DNA from: Cycas panzhihuaensis
Lineage: Eukaryota; Plantae; Cycadophyta
Length of the DNA stretch: 64,000 nt
Direction: 5' to 3'
Assembly: GCA_023213395.1 (NCBI GenBank)
Contig: CM041465.1
Span: 196,237,741-196,301,740 of the forward strand
Numbering within the stretch: the first letter of the stretch is position 1; every line of letters begins with the position of its first letter. Made by a program: the position numbers and the translations under genes. The notes beneath the pieces are model-generated. The model was not told the DNA's origin. It was given only the letters and a program-made list of their open reading frames with translations, and ran no database searches. Below are positions 25,046 to 39,300 of this stretch, piece after piece.

Positions 25046-26242
25046 AACAGGTACAAGATGGTAGAAAATAATGTACGTGATGCGTTCCTTTTAGGAAGAG
25101 TGAAAAGATTATCGAATTGTATCAAACGTACATTTAACTGAAAATAATGCTTGCTTGGAGTGCTTTTGGAGTGCTTGCTTGAAGTGTCTTTGGTGTGCTT
25201 GCTTTGAGTGATTTTAGAGTGCTGAAATGCAATGCTAATAAGTGAGTGAGGACACCGGATATTTCTCTGATCCAGGTGTTTTTTTCTCACTTTTACAATG
25301 GGCTTTTAAGCCTTATAAAAAGGAAGAAATTTTCTTCACTTTTTTTCTCTTTTTTTGTTTTTTTTGTTAATACAAAAAAAGTACTCTTCGCTAAATTTGC
25401 AATAACTTTCTCCCACGATGCCAAAATGGAGTGCTGGTTTTTGTGCTACAAACTAGACTCAGATCTTCATCACCAGGAAGTGGAATCAGGTCCAAATGAG
25501 TTCTGGAAAGTTTTTGACAGCCCCGAAAAGTTAGGAAATGATATTTTTCTAGAATTCTTACTAAAAATAACTACTGTTCACTAAAACAGCAATAACTTCC
25601 TCATACGACATCCAAATTAGGTACCGATTTTTGCACTGGAAAGTAGACTCAGAGCCCTATCTTTGACAATTTGAATCACTTAAATTGGATCTCTGTAGAT
25701 GATTTTGCAGACCTGTGAAGTTTAGTAATCAAATTGCATTTCTGCAGAAATTTCAGCTTGCTAATATCTCATTAACACATGATACCATATGAAATTTCCA
25801 TCATTTTTTGATCACCAGGATCCCAATATGGGCAAGGTGAGAGCATACAATGATATATATTTTCAATGGCTCAAAATTCTTTAAAAAAAATTGGGTAAAA
25901 ACTCCCCTTACAATCATTCTTCTAAATGCTGGAAAAATTTTGGCAGCATTTCCCCTTGTTAAATGGACAAAAAAGGGAAAAGAAAAGAAGAATGAGATAG
26001 CATGAATGGCCAGCAAAGGATTGGAATCCTTGGGCCTTACAACTCCTTGTATTATGCTTCCAAACCTGCAAAAGAGAAAGGAAAAACAAACAATACAAAA
26101 TATGCTATCATAATAACTTGAAAATATTTCCAAATTCACTTTCACAATCTACTTCACCACATGGATTATGGGGGAGAAGGAAGTGATGGCTCCATTGCAA
26201 GTGCAAGTGGGGAATATGAAGGAAGAAAGCTCTGATACCACA

Positions 26243-26540
26243 TGAAAAGAGTGGATCTATCCTTCATCTCCATGCACTAAACACAAAGGCAAACATGGGA
26301 GCAAGAGAGACTTGGGAGAAAGAAAGTAGCTCTCACAAAATGGGGAGGTAAAGAATGAATCTCCTCCATTGAGCTTTACTTTTATATTGAGAGAGGGAGC
26401 ATTTGAGTTAGGTGAAATGAAATTACACATAATGCACATGAAAGTGCATTTCACTTAAGTGATCTAATTTAAAGTTCACTTAAGACCCTTTTTCGAAATA
26501 ATCAACTAATGTAATGACCTTATGTCATTAACCCTTTTCA
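26243..26540 (-). repeat. 5' LTR (PBS at 26229-26240)
   Basis: gctctgatacca-ca-TGAAAAG...TTTTCA followed by TSD aaagg. Confidence 0.98.
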
Positions 26541-29049
26541 AAAGGGAGTTTTAATTATGATAGTAATGCTCATATGTTAATGTACTTTTAAAATGGTAGG
26601 ACTTTATACATGATACATTACTTTGGACTGGGACTTTATATAATATTATTGGGAACCTAATCTATAATCCTTAAGGAAAATACCAGATACCTTGGAGAAG
26701 TTAAATTAAATAATATTATCTTTTAGAAGGAAAATTTGTGATGCTAATTTTTTGGGGGGAGGATTTAAGTGACTATATAAAGTTGGTTGATCTTTCATTT
26801 TAACTATTATGGATATGCACTTTTAGGATCTCAACTATTTAGAGGGACTTATCTCTATACCTAGCTCTCTATTTGGCTTATTTTATAGGCTTTATGAAAA
26901 GGATTTGGCACAAATATCTCTTCAAATAATATTAGATCTTATAATTTTCACTAAAGTATTATTGATTGGTCACAAATTTTTACTATCCATCTATATAGCT
27001 AATGTTTTGTGTCTTCAATAATATGGTATTCATATTGCTTTAGTGTTTAACTTTCTATCTATGCCTATTATTCTTGGCCCACATTATTGTGTCAAACCTT
27101 TGTATTACTTGTATTCCTCTCTCTATCTAATATAATATCCTCTTTGCTATCTCTCTATTTCTTATTATATTTACCTTCGTTTAGACTTTCTTTTCTTACT
27201 TACTCTCATTTAGGGCTTAAAAATTAACTTTACATTATAGTGTTTCTTTAAATCCCATACCTTCTATTATTATCATGGTGGACATTACTCCATTATTTAA
27301 GCACTTTTATACTCTAGTTATTTTCCTTATATAGAATATTAATAGGAAATCCATCTATTTAGAAAGTCCATTCTACATTATTAAGAATGATCTATCATTA
27401 ATAAGTATTTACTGGTAGAGGGGGATTTACTTCTTCTACTTAGTATGAGACTTAGAGTTGATGTATACTCAAGTAAAAATATGCAAATCTCAGACCATTA
27501 GAAATATATATCCTATGTGTAATAAAAGTTTACAAGAGTATGACCATTAGTTATACCAAAATATAACAAATTATTTGACTTTTAATAAGGAAAATTTCTT
27601 AACTTGTAACATATATACATATTATGTCTATTCTTTTATGAAAAACAAATTAAATAGGGCATAAAAGGAAGCTCTTTACCTAAATTAATATTGATGATAT
27701 ATGACCACTTGATAATAAGTCCTTATTGTTACACTTATGACCCCTTTCCTTCCTTCTACTTACAAGATGATATCATAGGGAAGAATTAGCAAGCACTCAT
27801 TGATCATTTGAGAAAACTAAATTTTAAACAAAAATAAAAATCAAGTATGGCCTTATCTAGTGATGAGATAATGTATTAGTCAACTAAATGATCACTTGAT
27901 ACACCCTTGAAGTGATAAAACAAAATGAGTAAAATAAAAAGAAATGATAATAGTATGATAGAAAAATAAACAAATGTAAAAATATTTGAGAGTGTGTGAG
28001 AGAGAGAGATCAAACCTAATATATTGATGTAGATTCCATAATGATATAATCCAAAATACCTTGCTTAAGAATTAACAAGTAGGAGATGGTAATAGCGAAA
28101 GGTCATTTTATCAATATATCATAAACTAAAAGAGAATGCAATAAGGGTATTTATAGTGAAAACGAATGACATGAAGAAAGAAAAATATATTACAAAGTCA
28201 AAATTTTAAACTAATGAATATTAATTATATTATTTATAGGGGACATTGTGAAGTTAGCCTTAATCATCACAAATTAGACTAATAGAAGAAGATAAAATCA
28301 TAAAAGGGATATAACTTACTCATACAATGTCTTTTTTCAACCCATAGCCACTCAACATATCTATACAAGGGTGACTTAAATAAATTAAAAATTATATGTC
28401 TTTCAATTTCAAAACTTTAGATCCTTTCTTACTAAGCCTGTAGGTCATATATAGTAGATTTAAGTGACTAGGAATCTATTTTAAAATAGAGCTTGTTAAT
28501 ATTTAAAAGGGATAGTTTTACTTTCAAGTATCTTTACCTACTTCTTTGAGTATAACTTTTATACTCAAAGCCCATTTTCAGAATTGTCACTCTCATTATG
28601 TTTTATATTTCTACCTAGTTAAAATGAGTGGTCATAATCATATGTTGAATTTAATATTCATGGTCCATTTAATGCTTTAAAGTCGATGAAAGTTTTTCAT
28701 AATAAGTTATGTATTAGGGGTACCTGCTTGTATTCTTTAGGTTCTAACTTTAATATATAATATTAGATTTTGGTCTTGTCTAAGACATTGTAATATTAAC
28801 TCATTTATCTTTAAAATAAATGGCTATTTAGCTTCATTTGACATTGTTTGATGTGCTTTTTAAAGGGTCAAAGTTGATGTATATTTTTTGGACTTCCAAC
28901 AAGATGATCCTTTAGGTAAAAGATTATATAAATATCTCATTGTAACTCAAATTTAATACAAAAATCTACTAGTTAGAAATGGTTGAGTCTCAATTGGGAC
29001 ATGTGTACATGTCCTAGATTTGAAGTGGGATAAATTATGCTATGTTTAA

Positions 29050-32000
29050 GTGGTATTTGGTCCTAAATTTGGTGTTTTTTATTCTCATCTTAATTTTATA
29101 TGTTTAAGTACATTTGCTCTTTCTTTTCAATCCCTTTACTTTATAAGCACCTTTTTCATTATGGATTCAAGTGTAAACAATGTGATAGTATCTAAATTTA
29201 ATAGTGCAAATTGTCTAAATTGGAGTAGGTGAATGAGCCTATATTTATTTCAAATGGCATGTGGAACTTAATTTCAAATAATTATAATGCATTAGGTCAA
29301 AATGCCACTACAAATGAAGTAAAAGACTTTAAAGAGGATAAGAAGAAGGGTAATAAAGTGCTGACACTCATATTTTGTGTATTAGAGGACTACTTCTTTC
29401 TATGAGTTAATGAGATGATAACATCAAAGTAAGACTGGGACACATTATAGACTCCATATAAAGGCATTATAATAGTAAAGTTATAAATATTAATGACTAA
29501 GTTCAAAAATTATTACATGAATTATAATAAATGGGTGAATGATTTCATCATTACAATATAAGGACTAGTCAATTAAATAAAGGCCTTATAAGAGGACATT
29601 AGTGAGTAAAGGGTCATTAAAAAAAATCTAAGAAGTATAGAAGAGTACAAGAAGTTTGAAATGGTTGCTACTAATATAGAATTATTTAAAGATCTTACTA
29701 CATTAGAAGTTAATCAACTAAGTGGTATTTTACTAGTTATTAAGGAGAAGAAAAATGAGGAAGAATATGAGTACATATTTGCCACTAAGATAAGGATTAG
29801 GCCACATTATAAAGGCTAAAGTTTAAAATAAATAAGTCAACCCCCTAGAGGTATAAATTGGTATGTTATAGGATAAACTTTTAGGAACCAAGGATAATTT
29901 CATAAGAATTAAGAACAAGGTTTTTGAAATCAAAGGCAAGGTTATGGATTATAAAACTCTAAAGGTAGAGGACAAAGCCCTAGAGGAAGAAACCAAAGCC
30001 AAAGTGGTAGAAACCCTAGAGGAAGATGAAGAGGAACACCATGATGTTCCTATTACAAGATAAGTGGACACTTAGAAAATAATTATTTGCTCAAAAGATC
30101 CAACTTAGAAAGGGGAATTATTAATATAACCATAGAAAAAACAAGGGAAAATAAGAGGTTCTTCTTACCAAGCCTTATGGTTAATAAAGAAGATGATAGT
30201 TGGTACATTAATTTAGGATGCTTCACATATATGACTTATAGGAGGGAATGGTTTGAGAAGTTAGATAACTATCAAATAAGTAGAATAATATTTAGAGATA
30301 ATACTACATAAGAAGCAATAGATAAAGAAATTGTATCTATTCAAATAGATTGTGGAGAAACTAAGTATATTAATAATGTACTTCATGTCTCTATACTTAA
30401 AAAAAAAATTGTTATTACTTGGACAAATGATGGAGTAGAAATATAAAATTATATTTAATGATAGAAAATGCATAATTAGGGACAAGTTAAAGAATGAAGC
30501 CATAATGGATGAGGGTAAAATGACAAATGATAGGTTATTCAAGTTAGTTATACCTCCTCAAAATACTCATACTTTAAAGCATCTATTGAGGTATATAGTG
30601 AAACAAAACAATGGATATTTAACCATGTAAATTATAATAACCTTGCCTTGATGAAGAAGATGGGCATGATGATTAGTCTACCAAACATTGCATATAACAA
30701 AAGGATTTGTGAAGGGTATATATTGGGTAAATGACAAAGAGAAGGATTTCTAGATGATAGTTATATAGTTAAGTGGCCACTTCAACTAGTATATATAAAT
30801 ATGACATTCTTTGGAGGAGTAAGATATTTTATGATTTTTATTAATAACTACATAAGGATTACTTACGTATATTTTCTCAAGTTCAAATCATAAGCATTCT
30901 AATGTTTTTTTTAACTTCAAGGTGATGATTCAGAGGAAAAGTAGTCACAAAATTTTGACCCTTAGATCAGATAATAGGGGAGAATTAATCTCTAATAAAT
31001 TCAAAGAATATTATAAATATTATAGAATTAAGAAACAATTGACTAATCCTTATACTGCTCAATAAAATAGGGTAGCAGAAAGGAAAAATAGGATAATTAT
31101 TGATATGGCTAAAAGCATGCTTAAGGATAAATACCTTGGCAATGAATTTTAGGTAGAAGTTAGTTATATAACTATTTATTTATTAAATAAGTATGCAACT
31201 AGGGTAATGAGATAGGTGACACATGAACATGCTTAGTTGAGGCATAAGCCTAACATTAATCACTTAAGAGTATTTGGGTGTATTGCATATCCATATGTTC
31301 CAGAATAGAAAAGGATAAAATTAGATGATAAAAGAATTAAGTATATTTATAAGGTATAGTGATGCTTCAAGATCCTATAAATTATACAATCTTAAGGAAA
31401 ATAAGGTCATTATAAGTAAAGACATCATCTTTAAATGGTATTTATCAAGAAGATAACATTAAAAAAAAAAAGTAAAAGTATAATAATTAATATAGAACCT
31501 AATAAAAGTGATACAAATGTATCTATGATAACTAATATAAGTGAAGAAAGTCCATCCGGTTCAATCCAGTCAATAGAAAGGTTCTAAAATGCATTCAAAG
31601 GGGTCATACCTCTTAAGACATTTTAGATACAAACTTTGAGAAAAAGGGAACTTACTCTTAAAGGGCAAAATTTATCTTGATGACATGAGTGATGGAGAGT
31701 AATGAGCCTTAAAACTTTAAAGAGGCAGATACTCAAGATGAATGGAAGGCCACTATGAAGGAGGGGTATAATGCTCTAGTGAAAAATAATACATAGAGGC
31801 TTGTTAATTTGCCATAAAAAAAGAATACAATTAGAATAAAATAGGTCTATAAGATAAAGTACATGTTTGATGGATTAATCTATACATATAAAGCCTAATT
31901 AATTATAAAGGACTATGTATAAATTAAAGGCATTAGTTAAAATAAAATATTTACACCTATGGAATAGATGGAAATAGTAACATTGATCATGGACTTAACT

Positions 32001-33480
32001 ATTTATCGTGGTTAGATAATCCATCAAATAGATGTAAAAAGTGTCTTCTTAAATGGATATATAGATAGAAAAAATTATATCTAATAAATAAAGGATGTTG
32101 AAGTAAAAGCAAATGGAAGACAAGGTCTATAGACTAATGAAGGCCTTGTATAGACTCAAATAAGCACCTAGAGCATGGTACTCTAAGATTGATAATTACT
32201 TTAAGAATAAAGGATTCCTAAAAAGTTAATCAGACTCCAGCTTATGTTAAGTTGGAAGGAAATTTAATATTGATTATGGGCTTATATATTGATGACCTTA
32301 TATACACTAAGAATTATGATTTTTTGTCCTAACAATTTAACGCATATATGTGCAAGGAGTTTAAATTGATAGAATTAAGACTTATGCATTAAAGTATGAT
32401 AAGATGAGAAAGGGATTTTCATATCATAAAGGAAGCATACATTGGATATACTGTATAGGTTTAATATAGATAGTTATAAGCTACTTGTAATATTAATAAA
32501 AGTTAGATTAAAATTATCTAAGTATGAGGAGTCTAAATTAATTAACCTTAGTTTTCAAAGGTAGTTGATTGGAAACCTTATATACTTAATTTCAACTTAA
32601 CTAGATATCATATATATAATTGGTATGATTTTTAAATCTATTTATGAGGACAATATGAAACATTTGTAAGTAACTAATAGAATTATTAGGTATCTCAATG
32701 ATATTATAGGATATGGTCTTTATTATAGGTCATCAAGTGATCACTAATTGATTAGCTCCACAAACTCAAACTAAGTAAGATGTATAGATGATAGGAAGCC
32801 TACTTTAGGATAAGCTTTTAGTTTGGGTACAATAATAGTTATATGGTATTCAAGGAAGCAATCAATAATATCATTTTCTATTATATAATTAGACTACAAG
32901 TTAACTATAGTAAAATCTTATGAAATAATTTAGCCTAGAAGATTACTTTAGGATTTACAGGAAGAATATGTTGGTCCCACATAACTATTTTATGATAATC
33001 AAAGTACTATTTATATGACTAGTAATTTAGTATTTCATGGCAAGACTAAGCACATTAAAACATAACATCATTTTATTAGAGAGTTAGTGTAGTAAAGAGG
33101 ATTAGAATTGGTCTATTACAATATAGAGGAATATGTGGAAGATATTTTCATAAAGGTACCAAGCAAGGTAAAGTTTAGTAAATTAAAAGAAAAACTTAAA
33201 ATCTCCCAAATGGGAATTATAGGAAAAAATGTTTGGATAATACCCATCCTAGGGCGAATCCATTTTATGGATACATATCTGGTATACTCGGTGGAGGCAA
33301 AACATGCTTAATAGTTGATATTGAGATATGTTCCAACACCCTTATAGTCTTACCTATATTTTCTATGGGGTCATTAACCTTGGTATTTATTAATAGCACC
33401 TCCTTTTTAAATTATTTGCTCTCCTTTATCGTTTATTTTTTATGGTGATTATTTAGTATTTGATCTTTGATACCAACTCC
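29050..33480 (+). mobile_element. Degenerate Ty1/copia element (gag-pol ~29161-33215, 3' LTR from ~33230)
   Basis: gag start MDSSVNNVIVSKFNSANCLNWSR; PR-like DDSWYINLGCFTYMT; IN LRSDNRGE; RT HQIDVKSVFLNG and YIDDLIYT; RH FYDNQST..FHGKTKHI. Same family as 50200-54173. 5' LTR not recognisable. Confidence 0.9.
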
Positions 33481-34149
33481 CATTTGATTATAAGCATCTC
33501 CATTACCATATGATAAATACTAGTCATTATTACTAATGGTAATTAATAAGTTAATTAATTGTAACACCTTGGTTAAGTAAAGATTTACTATAAACTTCTT
33601 ATTTTAATATAAAGAGGATATTATGGTATACTAGTGGTAATAGGAGCAATTATCTCCTCAAGAAGCTTTATGGATAGTCAACTAGAATCAACATACTATT
33701 ATTAAAATTACCTTGAGGTAAATAAAGTTTATTTAGATTAACAGTCATATGTGTGCAAACATTAATGTAGAAGAGCTAATCTAAGTAACCATACAAAAGC
33801 ATGAAACTCCATTGTGGACACCATAAACTAACAAATTTTGAATATACTAAAGCAAAAAAAAAAAAAACTCAAAATAACAATGATTTTTGGTCCCTATAAA
33901 GAGAAAAGTCCCAATAGTAATGGGCAAGCACCATTGAAAGGCTCAACAGATTAACTATGAGTATGCATAACATGAAATAAACATTGGAATACTTAATCTT
34001 AAATAAGGATTCTATGGAAGGAAAAGATTTAAAAGACTCTAGTAGTAACACTAGTAAAGAAGAAGTTTAAAGAATTAATGAAGATAAAAAAGATCATAAG
34101 AGATATGATGACCATCAGTCACTAGTCTTTTATCACAACGTCAAGGTAC

Positions 34150-35050
34150 CAATTTACTTGTAATATGGACATATCAAAGTAGATAAATAACTAGCTAAGA
34201 AAGGAAAATTTCATCAACTCACTTTGAATTGATGATACTCAATAATAAATCAACTTTGCCATAGATCATTTGATAAGATCCATATATTAGTGGGTAACAT
34301 TTTAGAAGAGGGAAGGAAAAATAACCTAATTAAATCATTTTATGGAAGCTTTTAGAAGTTGTACAAAGGACCAATGGAGTTATACATATCATATCTATTT
34401 AGCACATTGCTTCCAAGTAGAACAATCTATTAAGCAATACATTAAAGTGTTTGAGAAACTCCATTTTAAAATTGGTACCACTTCTATTGAGGTTCTTCGA
34501 CTCTATATCAATAATTTATAACTTATTATTTAAGTAGAGATCTATTGTTCCAAGCTAACTAAATTTGATGAAGTAATTAGTTTAACACAATAAATTGAAT
34601 CCAAGAACAAAATTACTAAAGAAGTATTTAATGTTACATAATCAATAAGCCAAGGACTAGAGTATAAGGTAGCTAGACTAAGCAATTAAGGGTTTTAGAA
34701 TAATCAAAATAGGAATTCTAATAATAATAAATCTTTAGGTGATACCAATCAAGGTGCGTAACTTAAGAAACCTTCAACAAAAGGGAATAATGGTCTTCAT
34801 AAAAGGGGAACTAAGATAATGAGTCTCAACTAAACCTTGACCCCCTTCTAAAAGGAAGATGGATTTCTTCATAAATGTGTGATAAGTAGGAAATACAACT
34901 ATCTATTATCTATATATTAGGTCGATCAATACTAAAAGGATCAAGAGAAAAATAAAGAAACTGATGCTAAATCTTAAGGTAAGTCACTTAAGAGACCTTA
35001 GATGAGTGATCATTACATAAATAGAGATAAAGGTGAAATGACTTAAGTGG
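34150..35050 (+). mobile_element. Decayed Ty3/gypsy gag fragment
   Basis: Reads like Q..SIKQYIKVFEKL...LYINNL (retrotransposon gag), with an eroded ..W..HKC knuckle near 34855. Confidence 0.4.
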
Positions 35051-36305
35051 AACCTTAACCTTCCTCTTAGGAAGAAGGGATGACTCTCTAACCATATATC
35101 AAATAGGTAAGAAGACCAAACTACTGCTTATTTACTCAACTATTTACATAATAAGTCCAAAGCAAAGAAACAAGTAAAATAATCTATACCAAATAAATAA
35201 TTTAATAAAAATCCTCTATTTCCCTAGCGAGAGCAGTAAACAAACTTCCAATAAGTGGAAGGGTCACCAAGGTCCTTACCCCAACGAAGATGTCTTAGGC
35301 TTCCTACTTATTTAGCCTAATGTCATTCTAAGGATGATGCCCTAACCTAAAGTAAAAGTCTATGTTGATATAGTTAAGGAATAAGAGGACTAATAAGTGT
35401 AAGGAGTTGGGAGAGCTTAAACCCTAGATTAATAACTATATCAGGGGTCAATCATTAGGGACTTCCCCACCTAATTATCATCTACTTATAAGGATGGATA
35501 GCTTGGGGATGTCGTGTTTAATTCTAGTGAGTTCTCACAATTAGAGGTGAATAGAGAAGAGAAGAGAGAGCCACTCTCAACCTAAAGTGTGTCAATAAGT
35601 TGACACCTTTGTTGTTTGAAATATGATAGAAATATCAATCCCAAGGAAGAGAAGGTTTACACGCCATGGATGTTGAGTCTTGGTAAATCAAAAGTCCTTT
35701 TATGATGGGAGGTAGTTGTACCTAGGAAAAGATAAGCTTATATACTAGGGATGCCAAGTCCTGAGTGATTGACTGAGTCCTAGTTGGATGGATAAGACCT
35801 AACCTAAGAGGACCATATAAAGAAGAAAAAAAGTCTTAAATGTAAGATTAGGATGTAATTTTCACTTATATGTAAGCAATAAAATACTTGTGAAGCCAAC
35901 TATGCTAATATGTTTTTACTCAATGCATTTATACATGGATGTCTTTTTCCTTTTCTTTTTTTTTTTAAAAATATTTTACCTAAGTGATATGCCATTATGG
36001 CTTAACATATTTATAGAGAAATAATTGAGTTCTTTCAAATACACTTGTATTTATCCTAACTGCTTAAAAAAAATAACATGTTATGTATTTTCCTTTAGTT
36101 TACATATGATGAGGTAAATAAAGAAACAATAAGAATAAGATGAAATCCAACAAAAAGGGTTGTAATAAAAGGTTCTAGAATGGGATGGCTCAACTAGTTA
36201 AAGAGAAGCCAATGGGCAAGCTAGACAATAGTTGAAAATATAATTTACTCTTCATAATATATGGTGTTTTGAGCCACATTTCAAATTTTTATTAATATTT
36301 GGTTT

Positions 36306-39300
36306 TGTTGGAAATCATAGACAAATGGATTGTTTATATGCATAACAAGCATGGAATAAACAAGCATGTAACAAAATTAACATAGGAAACCTCATAGTAA
36401 AAATCCACTAAAAAATATAGATTACATTAATATAGAATTGTTAAAGTATAATGTACTTTGGATCCCTTTAAATAGATCCATAAGTGCATTAAATATTATA
36501 ATGATATTACATCCGTTGACTCATAATAGTATCACATAATTACATCATATATATTCACATAATAATATGCCATATTCATATTAGTCATGTTAAGTGGATA
36601 ACATGCCATTTTAACATCCCCCCTTAATGTAAAAGTGGGGTCTTGAAGTCTTCTTTGGGGTTGGTCTAACCTTTGTCATTATCATTGTTGATAGATCACC
36701 CCTAAAGCATAACTTCACTAAGTACCAAATTTGTACAAATCTTAATGAAATGATCTTTAGTGAGCACTTTGGTAAACACATTTACAAATTATTATTCACT
36801 TGGAAAAAATTCAATATGTAACTTCCCTGATTTGATCTGCTCACAGATACAATAGTGATGAATTTCAATATGCTTTGTATATGCATGAAATTCTAGATTC
36901 TTTAAAAGTTGAATTGTACTTTGATTATCGATGTGTATAATAAGTGTACTAGAAGATGTTCCAAGAGTTTCTAAAAGTCCCTACAACCATATAGCTTCCC
37001 TTATACTGATACTTAGTCCTTGGTTCTTAGCCTCTATAGAAGACAAAACAATAGTGGATTGATTTTTGGATTGCCATAATATAAAGCTATTCCTAATACT
37101 AAAAATATATCTTCTAGTTGATTTTTGGTCTTTTGCATCTCCACCCCAAGCAACATCAGTATACCCATGCAAGTTTGCCTCTCTGCCATGAAAGTATTTA
37201 AGGTCAAGATTGAATACCCTTAACATCATTCAGAATACTCTTTGCAGTAACCTAATAAGGTTCTTGGGGATTCTGCATGTAATAAGATACCAATCCAACA
37301 ACATAAGCAATATTAGGCCTAGTATAAGTTAAGTAAATCAAACTCCCAACTAATTAACTAATATAAAGTCCTATTTACAACTAGCTTATTCATATGCTTT
37401 AGAAGCTCTATACCCTTATAGATAGTGTTTTCATTAGTTTATAGTCCTTTATATCGAATCTCTCAAGTAGGTTTTTGGCATACCTCGATTATGACATCAT
37501 GATACGATCATCCATTTGCTTAATCCCAATGCTAAAAAAGTAATGAAAACGTTCGTGATTTGTAATATCAAAAGTATGTCTCAAATAGGCCTTTATGGCT
37601 ATAATAGTCTTATTATAATTTCTTGTAAGAACAAGATCATCAGTATACAACATAATAATAACAAGTTTCACTCTTTTGGATATAAAGACTCGATTCTAAT
37701 TTTGTTGTCATAAAACCATCTTCCTTCAATCTAGTTTCAATCTTATCATACCAAGTATATAGTGCTTATTTTAGGCCAAAGAGTAATTTCTTCAAGTGGC
37801 ACACAAGATGTTCCTAACCTTCTTTTATGAAACTAAGACATTGAGCCATGTAGATCTCCTCTTTTAAGTCTCCATTAGGGAATGTTGACTTCACATCTAT
37901 TTGATGTAACTCCCAACCAAATAAATTTAGACTATTGACATCTTAGAGACTGATGTAAATGTCTCCTCATAATTGATTCATTTTTTCTATTTAAATCCTA
38001 TAAAATAAGTCTAGCCTTATACTTGTCTACCTCTCCATTGGAGTGATACTTTATCTTATAGACCCACTTGCAACTGATTATGTTCTAAGAGGGAGATAAA
38101 GAAACCAAATCCCATATATCATTCTTCATGATCGAATTATACTTCTCCTCCATTGTAGTTATCTATCACAGATCTTCTTTTACTTTCCCATACGAAATGG
38201 GATTATTAGAATGCACCACTAAAGTTTGACTAGTATATTGATTCCTTATTCTCTAACCATCTTCTAGATCTTTAACTATTACACTAGAATCCTCAATTGT
38301 CCTCCTAGTCTATAATAGAGTATAGGGTATTGTCTATGCTTTGGCTTGTAATAGCTCCTCATTATTACTCTCTCTAGGTTCTACTTCTATTTTTGACATA
38401 ATATTAGTCTCACTAACCTCTATACCTTTTCATATGACCTTCTAGTATGATACATCATTGACTCATCAAACTTAATATCATGATTAACTGAAAGTTTCTT
38501 TCCCTATGGATCACAAAGTCTATAAGCCTTATTCTCTTATGAGTACCCTACAAAAATATGCTTCAAACTCTTATGATCCAACTTCTTTTAATGTGCGTTA
38601 GGGATATCTATATACACAATACACCCAAATACCTTAAAATAATTAATGGAAAGTTTCTAACTAGTTTGACATTCTTTAGGGATAATGCCATGAATAAACT
38701 TAGTAGGGACCCTATTTAGAATATAAATAGCTATTGCAACAACTTTTACCCAAAATATAGGAGGTAGATTCTTAGTATGCTCCACACTCCTCACCATCTC
38801 TATCATGGTATAATTCTTCCTCTCTACAATACCATTTTGTTGTGGGATATATAGGATAGTCAACTCCCACTTGATACCATGATCAAGGTAGAATTAATTA
38901 AAGGCATTATTATCATACTCCTTTCTATTATCACTCCTCAAAATCTTTATTTTCTTATCACACTCATTTTTAACACTAACTTTCTATTAAAAAAATTGAT
39001 CAAACATATTATACTTGTTCTTCAAAAAGAATACCCATGCTTTTCTACTATAATCATTTATAAACTAAAGGAAAAATTGAACACTAGAAATTAAAGGATT
39101 GGATAGATGACCCATCAAGTTAGTATGGATAAGTTCCAACTTCTCCTTTACTCTCTATGCAATATCCCTAACAAATGGATAACAATGGTGTTTTTCATAC
39201 ATTCATCCTCACAAACACCCTCAGAACATTGAACATGTAGCAACCCTACTACTGTCTTTAATCTATTCATTAGTTTGATGTTTTTATAATTAAGATGACC

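Larger units (their letters stand above)
18961..26540 (-). mobile_element. Full-length, recently inserted Ty1/copia LTR retrotransposon (7.6 kb)
   Basis: 298-bp LTRs 18961-19258 and 26243-26540 (TGAAAAG...CTTTTCA); TSD AAAGG; PBS 26229-26240; PPT 19260-19271. gag, PR (WIMDTRATQHMT), IN (TNNGGEY, TPQQNGVAD), RT (HQLDVKTAFLNG, IFVDDML) and RH (STAEAEY, VDNQS) in copia order. Confidence 0.98.

Noticed and set aside
24994-26145. ORFs 24994-25290, 25246-25584 and 25801-26145 as extra or env-like genes
   Set aside because: Low-complexity, with no matching ORFs in the sister element's UTR; consistent with chance ORFs.
35130-35900. Possible solo LTR
   Set aside because: Composition is LTR-like, but I could not find matching termini, a TSD or a second copy.
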